53,586 nt of DNA, filler included, from Sphacelaria rigidula (GCA_964200075.2; 3 parts of 3 records of this genome joined end to end with filler, not necessarily neighbours in it), one strand, 5' to 3'; numbered from the whole stretch's first letter, positions 22,701-35,695 are shown. Made by a program: numbers and translations. Notes: generated by a model from the sequence alone, not told the origin.

Positions 22701-25700
22701 CGTATGTGCTCCCTTCCGAGCACGAACAAAGTCGGCGTCAACAGCAGTATTCTACCCGGAGAGTCACCGTTCGCTGCAGGCTTGTCTCATGCTAGAATGA
22801 AGAAAATGGTTGGCCCCGAGACTCAGAGTCTATAGGCGGTCGTTCCAACCTGAATCTTTTACAAGCCGGGTCAGTTGATGCAGCCGGCGATTTTTTTATG
22901 TTTCCGGGTCTGGCTCCGGCTATAATTCGGGAAATTGGGCGCTGAAATTTTGACACGATTTTTATCATGAAAACGTACGACAAGTACATGGGATGCGACG
23001 GAAGGGAGAAAGAATAGGAAGCTGTCGGAGCGAAACATTGCTACAAACCCCGTGACGATGAAGAAGTATGGCGGCATCCCTAGTTTTTTTGTGCATTCTA
23101 TATTCGCACGAGATTCTGCTGTAAATTCGACAGAAAGAATCTCAAATTGGGCGTGGCAGCGGGCTTTTTGTGTGACATCTCTGTGCCAACGGGAGGGAAT
23201 TTTTATGTCGGAGCGTAATCAAAATTACTCGAAAGAAGTATGCGTGATCGAGATGGACCACCCTCGCAGTCGAAGCGTTAATCCAAGTGATCCGAGAGAT
23301 TCAGTTACGGGGTCACGAGGTCGAGTGCCGACGGATTTTTTTGTTCGTCAGTGACGTCATGAATTATGCAGTACATCTTGAGTTTTTTGTGTGTTCAGCG
23401 GTGGTGCTGTGCGTCACCAGGTTGGTCTGCAGGTTACACCGATATACCATATATATAACAAGATATATAACAAGTTGGGCTGATCTGGTGAACTTGATGA
23501 ATTATGGTGCTGTGACTTGCAAATGCGAGATTTACCGCTGACCCAGCTCGTACTCCTTCTACGGTACTGCTTGATGCGTCAGAGCTGAAGCAAGCACACG
23601 ATACACGGTCGAGCGACCAGGTCTCGACACCTCTTATCGTCGGCGTCTTGACTCGCAAGGGTTCAGAGCTTGTTATCATCAGAAACGGTAGAGGGTCTGG
23701 GCCGGACGTGCCCCACCACCCACGTACCCACGACATGGTCGCGTAGTCGGTGCTGTGTAGAGCACAACGCACAACGCAATCTAGAGATACGGAGAAGGTT
23801 CGACGGTTCACCTCTCGCTTGAGCTGTCTAACGTCATTTCCGCACGTGGAATATTTTTCCTGCATGAAAAGGATGACGAGACGGTGCCTTAATGCGATAT
23901 ATCTCATCTCGAAACAAAACAAGAGCGAAAACAGAAGAAAATCACCGCGCACAAAGCTGGTTTGCCCCCGTCGCCCGCGACAAACCTGTCGCTAACAAGT
24001 ACCTACAAACGACACACTGATGATCCAGCTGGACGGTCTGCTGATTGCACCATGAATAAGGAACGACCGTCATCTTTCCCTCCGTGTGTGAGACTGTCTG
24101 GAGGCTTCGCTTCTCAAGATTCAACGAACGCAGTCATGCCACGCAAAAGGGTTGGATATTCGAGCCCAGAAGTCTTGTCACTGATGAGCTGCTGAACTTG
24201 GGGGCTTCACACAGTACGGGTCAACGGTATCCAGCTTCAAAATCCATTCTAAACATCCCTACTCAAACCATTCAAGATGCTAATTGGGGCTACTAGGGGG
24301 GCGTGCTCTCAGATTATTCGTAATGTGATGATTTTTTTCCCGAGGGCAGCCCTGCTGCAGCACAACTCACTGTCGTGGATCATGTGATGCCCAAGTAACT
24401 TCCTCATAAGGTGGGCGCGAGGTGGACGAGGTGTATCCCTCGAACGAGCACCATGTGCCGCAACAAATAGGGAAGTTGCTCCACAATTTCCAGAAGTGGG
24501 TGATCCAGTACCCTCTCTCTGCCGACATCTTGAACAAAACCCCCGGCGTGCTTCGTGCTGGCCTTGTAGGGATGCGAGGTCAACCGTCGTATGACTACAG
24601 CATGCAAGATCATGAGTACATCAGTCCCCTGTCTCCCCCGCCTTCGCTGATCGACCACGAATGTCTACTGCAACAGGTGGTATGCGGTGTATGCGGCTCC
24701 TACAGTGCACACCTGTACGAAATTCTCGGTAGCGAACTGGGTACGGACGGACTCATGATGAAGATGGAGTTTTGCACCGGCCTCGTCACCGCTTGCGCCG
24801 GCCAGATCACGTTCAAGACGTACGACGGGGTGGACTACTGCACTAAGCACACGGGAGGGGGTAAAACGGACCTGTTTTGGTCCTATCCGTACGAGGAAGG
24901 TGTGCTGTTTTGTGGTGAAACTTTCGTGGGTGTCTGTGTTGAGAGGAAAACGGGGTTCGGAGACCTTGATGGTGCGCCATCAAGCAGCCTGCATGATGAA
25001 AGTCATGCTCTATGTATCCGAATATCCCTCTCCCGCCTCCAATACCATCTGAAAACTCACTCCTTCATCCCAACTGCGTGAAACATCAACACCTTCCCCC
25101 TTCCGTCCCTCCTCGCATGATTCATGTATCTCATGCGCCATTCTATTTCCAGTACATTTCGCACGCGTGATGAAATCTCCCAAGTGTTTATTTCCGTACA
25201 TGCAGCACGTTTGTACATTGTATGCCCAATTTTTTTCTACCGTCTTTTTTTTTTGTCGTCGACGCCTTTTCCGCAACAAACCCACTCGACACACGTTGCA
25301 GCTGGTCTTTTCGAGTCTGGACTGACACCGTTCTTCGACAGCAGTGTGGACATCACCTCTAGACCCGTATCCATGAAGATGTCTCCCGACGGGTCCGTGT
25401 TTTGGATCGTCGGCCTCGCCGGGCAGCTGGTGGAGGTGAGTACACCACCCCCGGGAGCAAAGCAAGTCGTGTACCAAAGCGACACCAACAAAGCGCGCAA
25501 ATACTGCCCGTATAACGATCAGCCTGTCAACACCCAGGCCACAATCCGGCTAGCAGCCGTGCGAAGTCGTTCAAGAATGAGGCTGGTGGAAAGGACATGA
25601 GGACTCGTCGTTACCGCTATCATGGGCGTGATGTGTTGAATCCCTTCTCTGTAAGCTTTCCCCGGATTTCACGTGCCGTATGCGTAGTCGCCATTCCTTA

Positions 25701-28700
25701 TTTCTCACTGGTCGAACCACTAGGGAAAGCAACAAATGACTTCCCCCCCCCCCCCCCCCCCCCCTCAAACTCCCCCCTTTTTTACCCCTCCTGACTGTTT
25801 TTTATTTTCCACATAACTCATTGAAACAATTTGTTTNNNNNNNNNNTTTCCTGGCCCTATTTCTACTCCCCTACCCTTATTTTCCCCCGGTCCAACCACT
25901 AAGGAAAAAAAAAAATTAATTCCCCCCCCCCCCCCCCCGCGCCCCTCACAGTCACTCCCTTTTTCACTCGTATGATCGATGTTCTATTTCGCCATCACTT
26001 CAGGAGAAACTGTGGTTTCAGTGGAAACTGATGACATCATCGGTTTTGTTCCTCGTCCCCCCCCCCCAAACCTTCGTGTGAGATACCCTTTTGTTGCATC
26101 CGAGATTTTTTTTCTCATTTCGTACAACTTCCAGTTGGTGAGTACTCGGTGTGTCCGACCTACCGTCCGACCGTCCGTTCATGTCACTATGTTGCCGTTT
26201 CCGTTCTTGTTGATGTGACGTCGCGCAGGTGGACGCAGGCAGTATGAAGTCGAGCAAGTTGGTGATGGATGTTTCCGACAAGCCCGAGTTCGCCCTCAGC
26301 AAGGAGGAGGTGCGTACGTTTTGTCTTCACACAGGCTCGCTCCCGTGATGCCATGCGCCACACAATATCTCACGCTCAGAAGAGAAAGATTACTGATTAA
26401 TACCCCCTTGATGTCATGTCTGTGGACACTGTGTGGAAAATACGGCAGGGGCTACTGGATATCGCGTTCGGGCCGATATTCCATACCAATGCCAGGTTCT
26501 ACGCTAGCTACTCGGTGAAAGCTCCGGTGAGTGCGGGGTCTGTTCCCTCAGGTTGACCTTCCTTGTTTTTTGTCGCCATTCCTTTTTTTTCCATCTGTTG
26601 CTGTGGTTAGAATATTATAAACACACTGGGGGTAATCTTTACACCGAAAATCATGCTGACTAATGGTTGCCGTGGTGATGGGGATGCTGATGGCTAAATT
26701 GATGTCGATGACGATGCAGGGAAAACAGATTTTTCGCTCGTGCTCGAGGTCCTCTTGAAACAACCTTCCGAGTGTCACTGGCTTTCAATTGCGTGACGAT
26801 GATGTAAACAAGGCATGAGTAGAGGCATGCTGTCGAGCATGAAAGAGCCAGTGTAAACCCGTCCCACCTTCAAGGCGTGCTCTCCACTCTCGGGGAATAC
26901 TCCGATGGTACGGACTGAAACCAGGTGTGACACATCTTGTCTTCATGTGTGTGCGCGGGGGGGGGTTGCCGCGGTTTTGGCCGTCGCGTGTGCCTCGTCT
27001 GTAAATGTGCTCACCAGAGGTGGTTGAAATGGTTATTGTTGTGGCATGTGTTACGACAGGATGGCATTCACAACCGTCTCTCGAAGTTCGAGTATAACGC
27101 AAAAAGTGCGGCCCTTACCCTCGGGTCGGAAGAGATCCTGCTTGAGAGTACCAAGAGGTCCAGCAAGGTCCACACTGCCGGATGGCTCGGATTCAAGCCC
27201 TCGGACTACTACAGCAAGGTGAGAGCACGGTTCTGGACTTGTTTTTCCATCCCTTTTGTTCACCACCGTCCGCTAGGAAGCTTCATGCTGCTGGGGCAAA
27301 ATTACGACAACTGGGCAAAATTACGAGAACGGGGCGAAATTACGAGAACTTCGACACAAAGATAATACATGATGAATAAATAGCGATGATACTTCGATAT
27401 TTTACTGATGAAATACGCTCCTGTTTCGTGTGCCAGGGCAGGTCGAGTAAAATATCCTCAATTGCGGGGTATTTTGAAGGACGTATTCGGGCGTACTTGA
27501 TTTGAACTAAGGTAAAGGGAGACGAGTCGTACCCACAAAATAGATCGAGAGCGATATTTTGAATCCTACCCCTAGTTTGTGCACTCTGAATACGACTTTC
27601 AAAATATCCCGCAATTGAGTATAGTCTACTCGACCTACCCTTTTTCGTGTGCTCCTCTTCTAAATTTGAGGCCTATCAAACTCCTGTCCTGGGCTCCTGT
27701 TTTCCTCGGGTCCTCCTCTTTCTTTTTTTCGGCATGTCGCAGTTCCTTCGACTTGTCATTTTCCTCTCCGGTCCCCGAGATATTTGTGACCTTGAATGCT
27801 TCTCCCACCCTACAGCCGGAGGCCGGCTCCCTGCTCCTCGAAGTTGGGTAGTGAAGTGGGGAGTGTGATACGTGAGTAGCACGGCATGCAGCATGCAGCT
27901 GGCCCCTCACGAATGAGTTTGCAAAAGCTCCCCGGAGCGGTTTTATAATGTGGGTGCACATATTTCGTTGGAGGTTCGCGATTCAGAACATGTTTCCATG
28001 CCAAACATCTGGGCCGTAGCGTATACCATAAGAAAACGTGAGGTTCATGCTACCTGATGGAGGCTTTTGTATCCATTCAGGTAGGCGGTCGCAAGCTCTA
28101 GTCGAGATATACCATCGCAGAAAGACACATACCGTTGCAAGAAAGAAAATTATATGATTTTTCCCTCACGGGAGGAAAAAACGTTTTTTTGCGCGGGCGT
28201 GTCTCTCATCATCAGTCCTAGCCCCTCCCCCTCCTTTACCCGGTGGTTGGACACGCATGAGGTGGTGTATGAGCCGTGGCTGTCTCTAAAAGTGGCGACA
28301 TCAGAGGAGGAAGCAATTCATTGTCGACTGTCATATAAATGCAAGATCATCAGTAGGCTTCGGGCCGAACAATCTTGGCAGGATGCAGCTCACCCTTCAT
28401 GCGAATCACCGAACACACCACGGCGCTCCGCGCTTGGTCATGAAGTGCGAGCCTTGTCCGGGGAAAACCCGGCGTGCCCTCCGGCATTGAAGGGATGCGA
28501 GGTCAACGGTCTGATGACTATGGCATGCATGATCATGAGCATACCCCCCCCCCCTCATGCCCCCCCGGAATGTATCATATTATCCTGAACGATTTTACCT
28601 GATAAGTGGTGCGACGGTAAGGGTGCACGCACATATTTGAGATTTCTTCGGTCATGAGCCCCACAACTCATTCAAAATATGACTTGGAAGAATGTGAGCA

Positions 28701-31700
28701 CACCACGATTAGCGTCCAATATAGGCTGGGGGTGTGCCCGAATGGGGTTGGGGTAAAGGGGGATGCTCTGACCCATATTCTTGTGTACCCTCCTAACTTT
28801 TGGAACCGCTGAGTAGTAAGATCTGGATCCGAACGTGCCACCCCTGCCGATATATACGTTGGATGACACTTTCTACGATAGCCCCAAAAGCGTCACACAG
28901 AAATGGCCATACATCGCCTGATGCTGGGGTTCAGGCCGCCTGAAGCGCCTCACATTGGCGACAATGACTAAAACGAACTCAAGCGTGGGAGCTCCCAGCT
29001 GCTCGTTGTGCTCGGCTTTTGCCATTTCCATTTATGTCATGTTTTCGCCCTCCAAAACCATGCACTTTTTTGGGGGGGCTCTTGTAGGAGGTGTCGGGTA
29101 TTGATTCTGTGAACCGGATACTCCCCTCGTGCACGCATACTTCCATGCATCATGTGTATCACGTACTGCACCGCCCCGCTTCGTTGGCCTTCGTATGCGT
29201 GTATCGAATGTCAAAGTGTGTGTATGAAGAGCACAAACGGTATGATTTGTTCACGGGGTCCCCAATGCCGGAGAATCGTGCCGTTGGACTTATCTCCTGG
29301 CGCGTTTCTCGCGATCACCAAGGCATGTCGTTGACGCGATGCGCGGTTTCGATCGTCATGATGCAAAGGAAATCGGATTGTGCACTTGTTATTATCCCCG
29401 TTTGACATCTTCATGTGTATCGCCAATCTGTGCACATTCTATATTCTGGTGTGGCCGTTTATCCGTCGGGACCATTGAACTGAAGTATCTTGGCATCCAC
29501 GGCTTATTGGCGACACAGCCGCGATACACTACACATCTTCGAACAAGTGATGCTACGATTAAAGGATGAGAAAGGCGGATGACATGGGGTGACGCGATTC
29601 ATCGATTTGGTCATCGATACCGCCGAAATATTGCCTCGACCCACTTACCCATCGCTCTCCCATCATTGCGGGATAACTCGACACAAAATCGACGATGGTT
29701 GAAGCACGCACAGAGTAACGATGCCTGCAATATTCCCGATTCTCTATTACATCCGCCCCCCTGTCTACACAGGCGGGCGCTCACGACCTGTACTGGAGCG
29801 TGGGTGACTCCGGACCTCAAGAAGACCCCGACAACCACGGACAAAACCCCAAGGACCTTCATGGCACAATCGTCCGCATCCAGGTGCCCACCAAGGGAGC
29901 CGGTTACGACATCCCCGCTGGAAACTACGAGGGAGGTGCGTCTTTCTGTGTTTGTGTAAGCGCGGTAGTCGATACAGTACGCAGTAGTACACTCTTCTCA
30001 CGGAAGATATACGCCGGATGCCGTTGAAACGTTGAAACGATATAACCGGCATGGTGGCTTGAGCGTCTGACATTTCCGGGATTGTTACAAGTCGTCTGTT
30101 TTTGTTTTATTCAGTTCGTATATGCTGAAATGATACTTGATTTCTATTTGCTTCGATGCGTGTATCTTTGTAAATATATTATATATTGTAAAAATTCAGG
30201 GTGTGGTGTAACGCGTTCATGGAGTCTTGGTTTGTTCGTTCGTTTCCGGTGTTTTGCCTCCACTATGGTGCCACCATGTATATCTCTGGGGAGCTAAAGA
30301 CTCGAAAGGAATCATTCTAATCGTTTTTTTCCTCTGCTCACTTTCCAGGGGCACAGTACAGTGTATTGGCCACCCCCGTTCAGTTGACTTGTTGACGTGC
30401 CTGTCACGATCCGTTTACACAACGTTCACACTGCACTCGAAAAACCTCGTACGATTTTGTACGCTTTCACTCGAGGTGATTCCGCGCAAAAGTGTGTAAA
30501 AGAGTGCTTGCACAGCGGAGCTGCACAACCTTGGTTACACACACCTTGCCCCTTGTGTGCAGCATCGAAAAACGTTTGGACAATGGAAGTGCAACCCCTC
30601 CGTCTAATCACTCACGGAGTGATATATAAAAGATAACTTGACGTACTTGTATACTGTGAGAGCCGGTGCTTGACATCACGCACAGCGCCACCGCTGTCTC
30701 ACGCAAACCGCCAGTCGTCGTGTACTGCTGTAGCGGCTTACTCTGAAAAACTGGTCGTGATGCCGTCCGATCCGATCTCGACTCATAGGTCTGCCCGAGA
30801 TCTGTGCTATTGGATTCAGGAACCCTTGGCGGTGCAGCTTTGATAAGGAGACCGATGAGTTATACTGCGGAGATGTGGGCCAGACCCGGGTCGAGGTCGT
30901 GAACATCATCGAGTAAGTCGTGAGCGTCACCTCCGCAACAATGACTGAGTAGAACGAAGGAGACGACAAACAACGGATCTGAGTCGCGGGCGCTACCTCG
31001 CGAACACTCGGGTGCTCATCGAGGTTTTCATCCATCACAAGGGGCACATGTTATCTCCCTGATTCGATCCTTGTTGTAACCATTTATCTCCTAGTGAAGC
31101 GATAGCTTTCAATACTTTTCTCACAAACGCATGAAGAAATGTCTTCTCATCCATTCGCAGATGTGGCAAAAACTACGGTTGGGCCCAGTTCGAGGGCTCC
31201 CGCTGTCAGGAGGCCGTCGAAGATCGTTTTGTTCCTTGCTCATCAGCTTCTCGGGCAGGCGTCCAGTTCCCCTGGTTCGAGTACTGCCACTCCGACTACT
31301 TCTCCGACGCACCTGGAGAAAAGGAGTTTACTGACGGCGTCGACATTTGCGGATCCCGGGCTATCACCGGGTTCGCCGTCATAGGTGAGATTCGGTCCTA
31401 CTAAAGTGTAGGGGGTAAAACTTCGGGGATGGGTCCTGCAAAGAGCAGCCGCAGACAACGATAGGTGGAAAACAGGCGGGAGGCAACGAAAGATGCGGAA
31501 ACGTTTTGATGAAAAGTTGTGCAGTCGGGGTAACAACGTAGGGGGGGGGCGAAGGTGAGACCTTCAATCACTGGCTCCGCAGCCATTTCAAGACCGTGAC
31601 AGGGTCTTCTTGTGCGTGTCTTCGTTTTCCCTCGTTTGTAGACAGGTTTGAAATGCGGTAGCTCGAAACGTGACGCCGATTTCTCATGTCGACTGTGTTC

Positions 31701-33278
31701 ATTATTGTCAAAATGCCCCCCACTTGGCACGCTAATTGACGGCATCGTCATGTTCTTGATATCCCCCACTGTCACTCTAGCAGTGTTTCCGACTGGAATT
31801 GGACGAGGGTGGAGGGAGAAATGTGTTCCTTTCCAGCCCATGCCGCCCCGCGCGTGCGTGGCATTCTTATCTCATGTGCCATTTTTGTGTGTGTATCGTG
31901 TATGCCCAGGCGGTTTTGTTTACCGCGGCCAATACTTGAGCGATGTGCTGTCTGGAGCTTACGTGTTCGGTGACAATCAAAACAAGTAAGTGACTGAAGA
32001 CATCACCGTTGGTTTCGATGCTGTGAAACTTTCTGTAGGCGGAAAAGCTACGTGTTCTCCCATGCCCCTTCCTTTTTAAATGAAAGAAATGATGCACACC
32101 GCTATCAAACGGTCACGAGAACAAGTCGAGAGTGCCGGAAACATGGCGCTATGATCGAAACATGTCGAGCCCGTCGATTCGATCAGGGTTATTGCTGCTG
32201 CTGCTGCTGCTGTCGCTTGTGTCTCAAGAAGTGTGACCAACAAACAACAAATGATCGAACAAATCCGACAGGAACCTCTACTACATCAGAGAAAACGGTG
32301 CGGGCGGGAAATTTGATGTCGGAACCATCGTCAGCGACGCAAGCATCTCCATCATCGCCTTCGCTGAAGACAACGCGGTGAGGTGGTCATTATCTACATT
32401 GCTTTGTTTTCAATATGGAGCAGCGCACATGGAAAAAATCAACTATGAAGACGTTTTATCATCGTAGCTTCACGATATGCTCGGCATTTTCTCTTTCTGG
32501 TTCACATGAAAATTTCGATTCCTCAAAGTACTCATATCCTGGTTATCGGGGGGGACTTCGAGGGGCTACCGGGGCATCATTCTATTTTATAAAATTGTGT
32601 TTCATCAATGACTGCTGATAAAGAACATCGAAAATAAAATCGCCGTTATTACTTGTGGGGGACTCCCGGAATCTCCGTTGGAAAACGTGAGATCTTGACG
32701 TGGAGGGTATGCCGAGGATGCCATAACATTTTGGTGACAACCGTTGATGTTTGCCGTGTCTTTCCCCCTCGCCCATCACGAAGTGATAGGTGGGCTTCGG
32801 GCCGAACGATCTCGGCAGGGATGCAGCTCACCCTTCACGCGACTCGCCGAGCAAACCACTGCGCTTCGCTTGTTTGTGTGCGATCCTGGTCCGGCGCAAA
32901 CCCGGCGTGCCCTGTCCCGGCTTCGTAGTGATGCGAGGTCAATGGTCTGATGACTACGGTGTGCATGATCATTAGTACACTCTCCCCCATCACCCCCCTT
33001 CAACTGCGACAGGGCGAGCTGTACGCCATCACCAATGATGCACAGATCTACCCCCTTCCCTGCGGAGACCTGTGCGCATCGAGCTGCGTAGAACAAGCGG
33101 ACGAGACCCCTTCATTCGAGGTGAAAATGCATGCAATAATCGCAGGAAAAAACGATGAATTCCTTCCTTGAGTCGGCTTTTGCCCGGCTCGTCAGCCGTT
33201 TCGTGGGTCACACTGCGATAGCAGACGGATCAATCACGGAGTAAACATGGCGTGTGCCGATTGCAGGGGTTGATACAG

Positions 33279-33309
<31 letters not shown>

Positions 33310-34985
33310 ATACTCCAACTAATACTCTTTTCTCCGATCCCTCATCATTTTCTTGCTTGACGTTCGATAACCCGTTCGCCTCTGCCATGAAGTCACTGGG
33401 TTGCTTCACGGATAGTACACCCCGCGCCCTCACTCTGTCCGAAGCGCCCGACTGCGGATCGGGGGAAAGGGCTATGAGCCCCAGCATCTGCGCTTCGTAC
33501 TGCGCGACCGTCAAGGGTGCCGTTTACTTCGGTGTGGAGTTTTCGTACGAGGTGAGTGAAAACCGTGTCGGGGGGAGTGGGGTGCTGGAGGGATATAACG
33601 GAATTCATGCAAACGCCTTACTTGCAAAACAACGAGCTCTCCCCGCAGGTCACCAAGTCGCTGGAATCATGAGGTATTCCACGTACCGAGCGGTTTGTCT
33701 TCGGCCCGTATGGGCCATGATGTCTGTAAAAAATATAAGCTCGATGGAGAGTGTGTTTCGATGGAAGACGGGGTGTGTTTTAATGAGAGCTCGATGGAAA
33801 GTCGAGGCGGAGAGAGGACGAAAAAAAAACCTCCTGGTGAGGGGGGCACGTATGGTCTCTCACCCAGAGAGCAAACCAATGTGAAAACAAGCTGTGTTGA
33901 AAGAAAGGTCCCCCCCCCCACCCCCTCCCACTGTTTCCCCCTCCACCTTGCACCTTGCCTTCATAATGGTTGCACGTTGTTCGTCTCCGCGGCGACCTCA
34001 CGCTCTCGATGTTGTTGTATGGTGCGCTTCTCTTTTTGCTTCCGCCTGCTCCTTTTTTTCTCTCTCACGTTGGTTGTAAATATGTATGTATCCTTCATAT
34101 CACGCTGCAGTGCTTCTGCGGTTCCGCGGACGACGAGTTCGACAAGTACGGTTCGCTCCCGAGTGGAGCTTGCAACAGCTTGTGCACTGCTTTCCCGGAC
34201 GAGACCTGCGGGGGTAAACTCGCCATTGAGGTGAGGCTGACTAATGAAGCATGACGTCATGGCGGGTGTGTGAAGACGCATCTTAATAGAAGGCGGTGGA
34301 CGTATGTGCGTGGTTGAGTGCGAGCATACCGCTACCTTCCATATTCTTTATATATTGGTGAGTCTCATGAATGGATGACGGATTGTCGTCCGTGGGGATC
34401 CTTTCCGAAAATCTCGTGTGCCGTCGTCGAGAGTCTGGAGGTCCCAACTGTCTGAACTCAATTACATTTACATTTCATCACCCGAAAATACCGTCCGTAC
34501 TGTGTATGGACCCCTGTGTGGTACTGTCGCGATTTGGTTCTAATTTTCTCGTTCAATGTCTGGGGGTGACGAAAAAATCAAGGCTTGTGATGAAAATGCG
34601 CTTCAAAGCGCTAATCTATTCCCGTTTTTTGAACTCGCCTTTTTTCTTCTGCCGGTGGGACAGGTATGTATGTAAACCCTTCCGCGCGCACATTGACCAC
34701 CCCCACCACCGCCGCCATATCATCCGTTCTACCCCATCTTTCCCTGACCTTCCCTCCGCGTTTTTCGTGTCACGCCGTCACTTCATTCTGCATTTAACAT
34801 GTTTTGTGTAGGTCTATTCCCTCGGGGATGCACCGCCTCCGCCCGCACCGGTGACTCCGGTGGCTCCCGAGACACCGGACGTGGTCACCGTCCCGGATTA
34901 CACTATGTTGGGATGCTTCGTCGACAACATCGATCGTACCCTCAAGGGTACCTTCTTCCCCAAGTCTACCACTCTTACTACCGAG
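19766..34985 (+). CDS. Secreted HHIP-like/HIPL1-like protein: signal peptide, Cys-rich (folate-receptor-like) N-domain, glucose/sorbosone dehydrogenase (GSDH)-type beta-propeller, >=2 WSC domains (partial, >=725 aa)
   Basis: Exons 19766-20011, 24677-24899, 25302-25435, 26229-26309, 26449-26526, 27060-27218, 29773-29935, 30789-30912, 31161-31384, 31910-31985, 32272-32377, 33013-33120, 33393-33551, 34111-34230, 34812-34985; all GT-AG and in phase (2175 nt). Signal peptide MRATAAGGVALVGLLSCLNWSAVEA|HPLC. GSDH/HHIP motifs: EEGLLDIAFGP.F..N.RFY, HTAGWLGF, LYWSVGDSG...DP.NHGQN..DLHGTIVRI, PEICAIGFRNPWRCSFD...LYCGDVGQ, GKNYGW, IGGFVYRG...GAYVFGD, FAEDNAGELY. WSC motifs: LGCF.D...MS...CASYC...YFGVEFSYECFCG...CNSLC...ETCGG, then a second LGCFVD. 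Confidence 0.9.
24536..24639 (+). repeat. Family B repeat, 3' fragment
   Basis: aaaacccccggcgtgc...gtagggatgcgaggtca...gcatgcaagatcatgagtaca plus a C-rich tract. Confidence 0.7.
25837..25846. other. 10-N gap flanked by duplicated low-quality sequence
   Basis: 25694-25800 and 25875-25985 are degenerate copies of each other around a poly-C run. Confidence 0.85.
27434..27642. mobile_element. 209-bp MITE with ~57-bp TIRs and 10-bp TSD (Mutator-like)
   Basis: Left agggcaggtcgagtaaaatatcctcaattgcggggtattttgaaggacgtattc versus right reverse complement agggtaggtcgagtagactatactcaattgcgggatattttgaaagtcgtattc. Direct repeat tttcgtgtgc at 27424-27433 and 27643-27652. Confidence 0.85.
28250..28554 (+). 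repeat. Family B repeat, full-length copy
   Basis: Same motif series, ending gatcatgagcata followed by a C11 run. Confidence 0.8.
32785..32998 (+). repeat. Family B repeat, 5'-truncated copy abutting an acceptor site
   Basis: gggcttcgggccgaacgatc...gcatgatcattagtacac plus a C-rich tract; acceptor at 33012. Confidence 0.8.
33393..34985 (+). CDS. WSC carbohydrate-binding domain exons of the HHIP-like gene (33393-33551, 34111-34230, 34812-34985)
   Basis: Eight-Cys WSC pattern SLGCFTD...CASYC...YFGVEFSYECFCG...CNSLC...CGG..AIEVY, then a Pro-rich linker (APPPPAPVTPVAPETP), then the start of a second WSC (MLGCFVDNIDRTL...LTTE|gt). Confidence 0.85.
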
Positions 34986-35695
34986 GTAGGTGGTGAGCCC
35001 AAGTATTTGCGGTGAGCAAGAAACAAAACGCACATGTCGGACATTTCAAGTGCCATCTAAATTCGAGAATCGAGGGAGACTCTTGGATCTCTAATTGTCG
35101 GAAAACACGAAACAAGTGACAGCGGGGTCTGAGAAACGAAATCTCTATTATTTCGCTACTCCCTGCGCTGGACGTGCACGGTCGTAGAGGGGAAATAATT
35201 AAATAACAAGGGGGAACAGCGGCCTTGCTCATGGATCGGATCATTACACGAATAAGGAATCATTGAGAGTAAGGTGTATCGGTGATCGTGTATTCAACGC
35301 TCAGGACGTGAAAAAAACGCAAGGATACTGCCAGTAGGCGTTGAATCTCGGATACAGTCGGGGTCGAATTTTGACGCCACCCGTGGAAATTGGAAATTGA
35401 CAAGGACTACTACAGTTGTTCGATTCTTTCTTCTCTGATCTCGAGACTCGTGACAATTCGGAGATGAAATGTCTGAGATTCTGGCCTTCGACTGAAGACT
35501 AGAGAGTCGAGGCATGTAACGGAACACTGTCGTTCATCATAAAATAAGTGGAGAATATCAATGGAGAACGACCAGAGACTCCGTACTTGCAACTGTCGGT
35601 ACTCCCACCGTCTCGAAAGGGATGCGTGGTCAATGATCGAACGACTAAGGCGAGAAACCAATGAGTACGGCCCGCCCCCCCCCCCACCCCACCCC

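Noticed and set aside
20012-24676. 4.7-kb first intron of the HHIP-like gene with ORFs up to 182 aa; considered as a nested gene or transposon
   Set aside because: No recognisable domain, terminal repeats or consistent exon chain could be supported by eye.
25694-25985. Apparent ~110-bp tandem duplication around poly-C
   Set aside because: The copies flank a 10-N gap and each degrades on the gap-facing side of the C-run, as expected for low-quality read ends.
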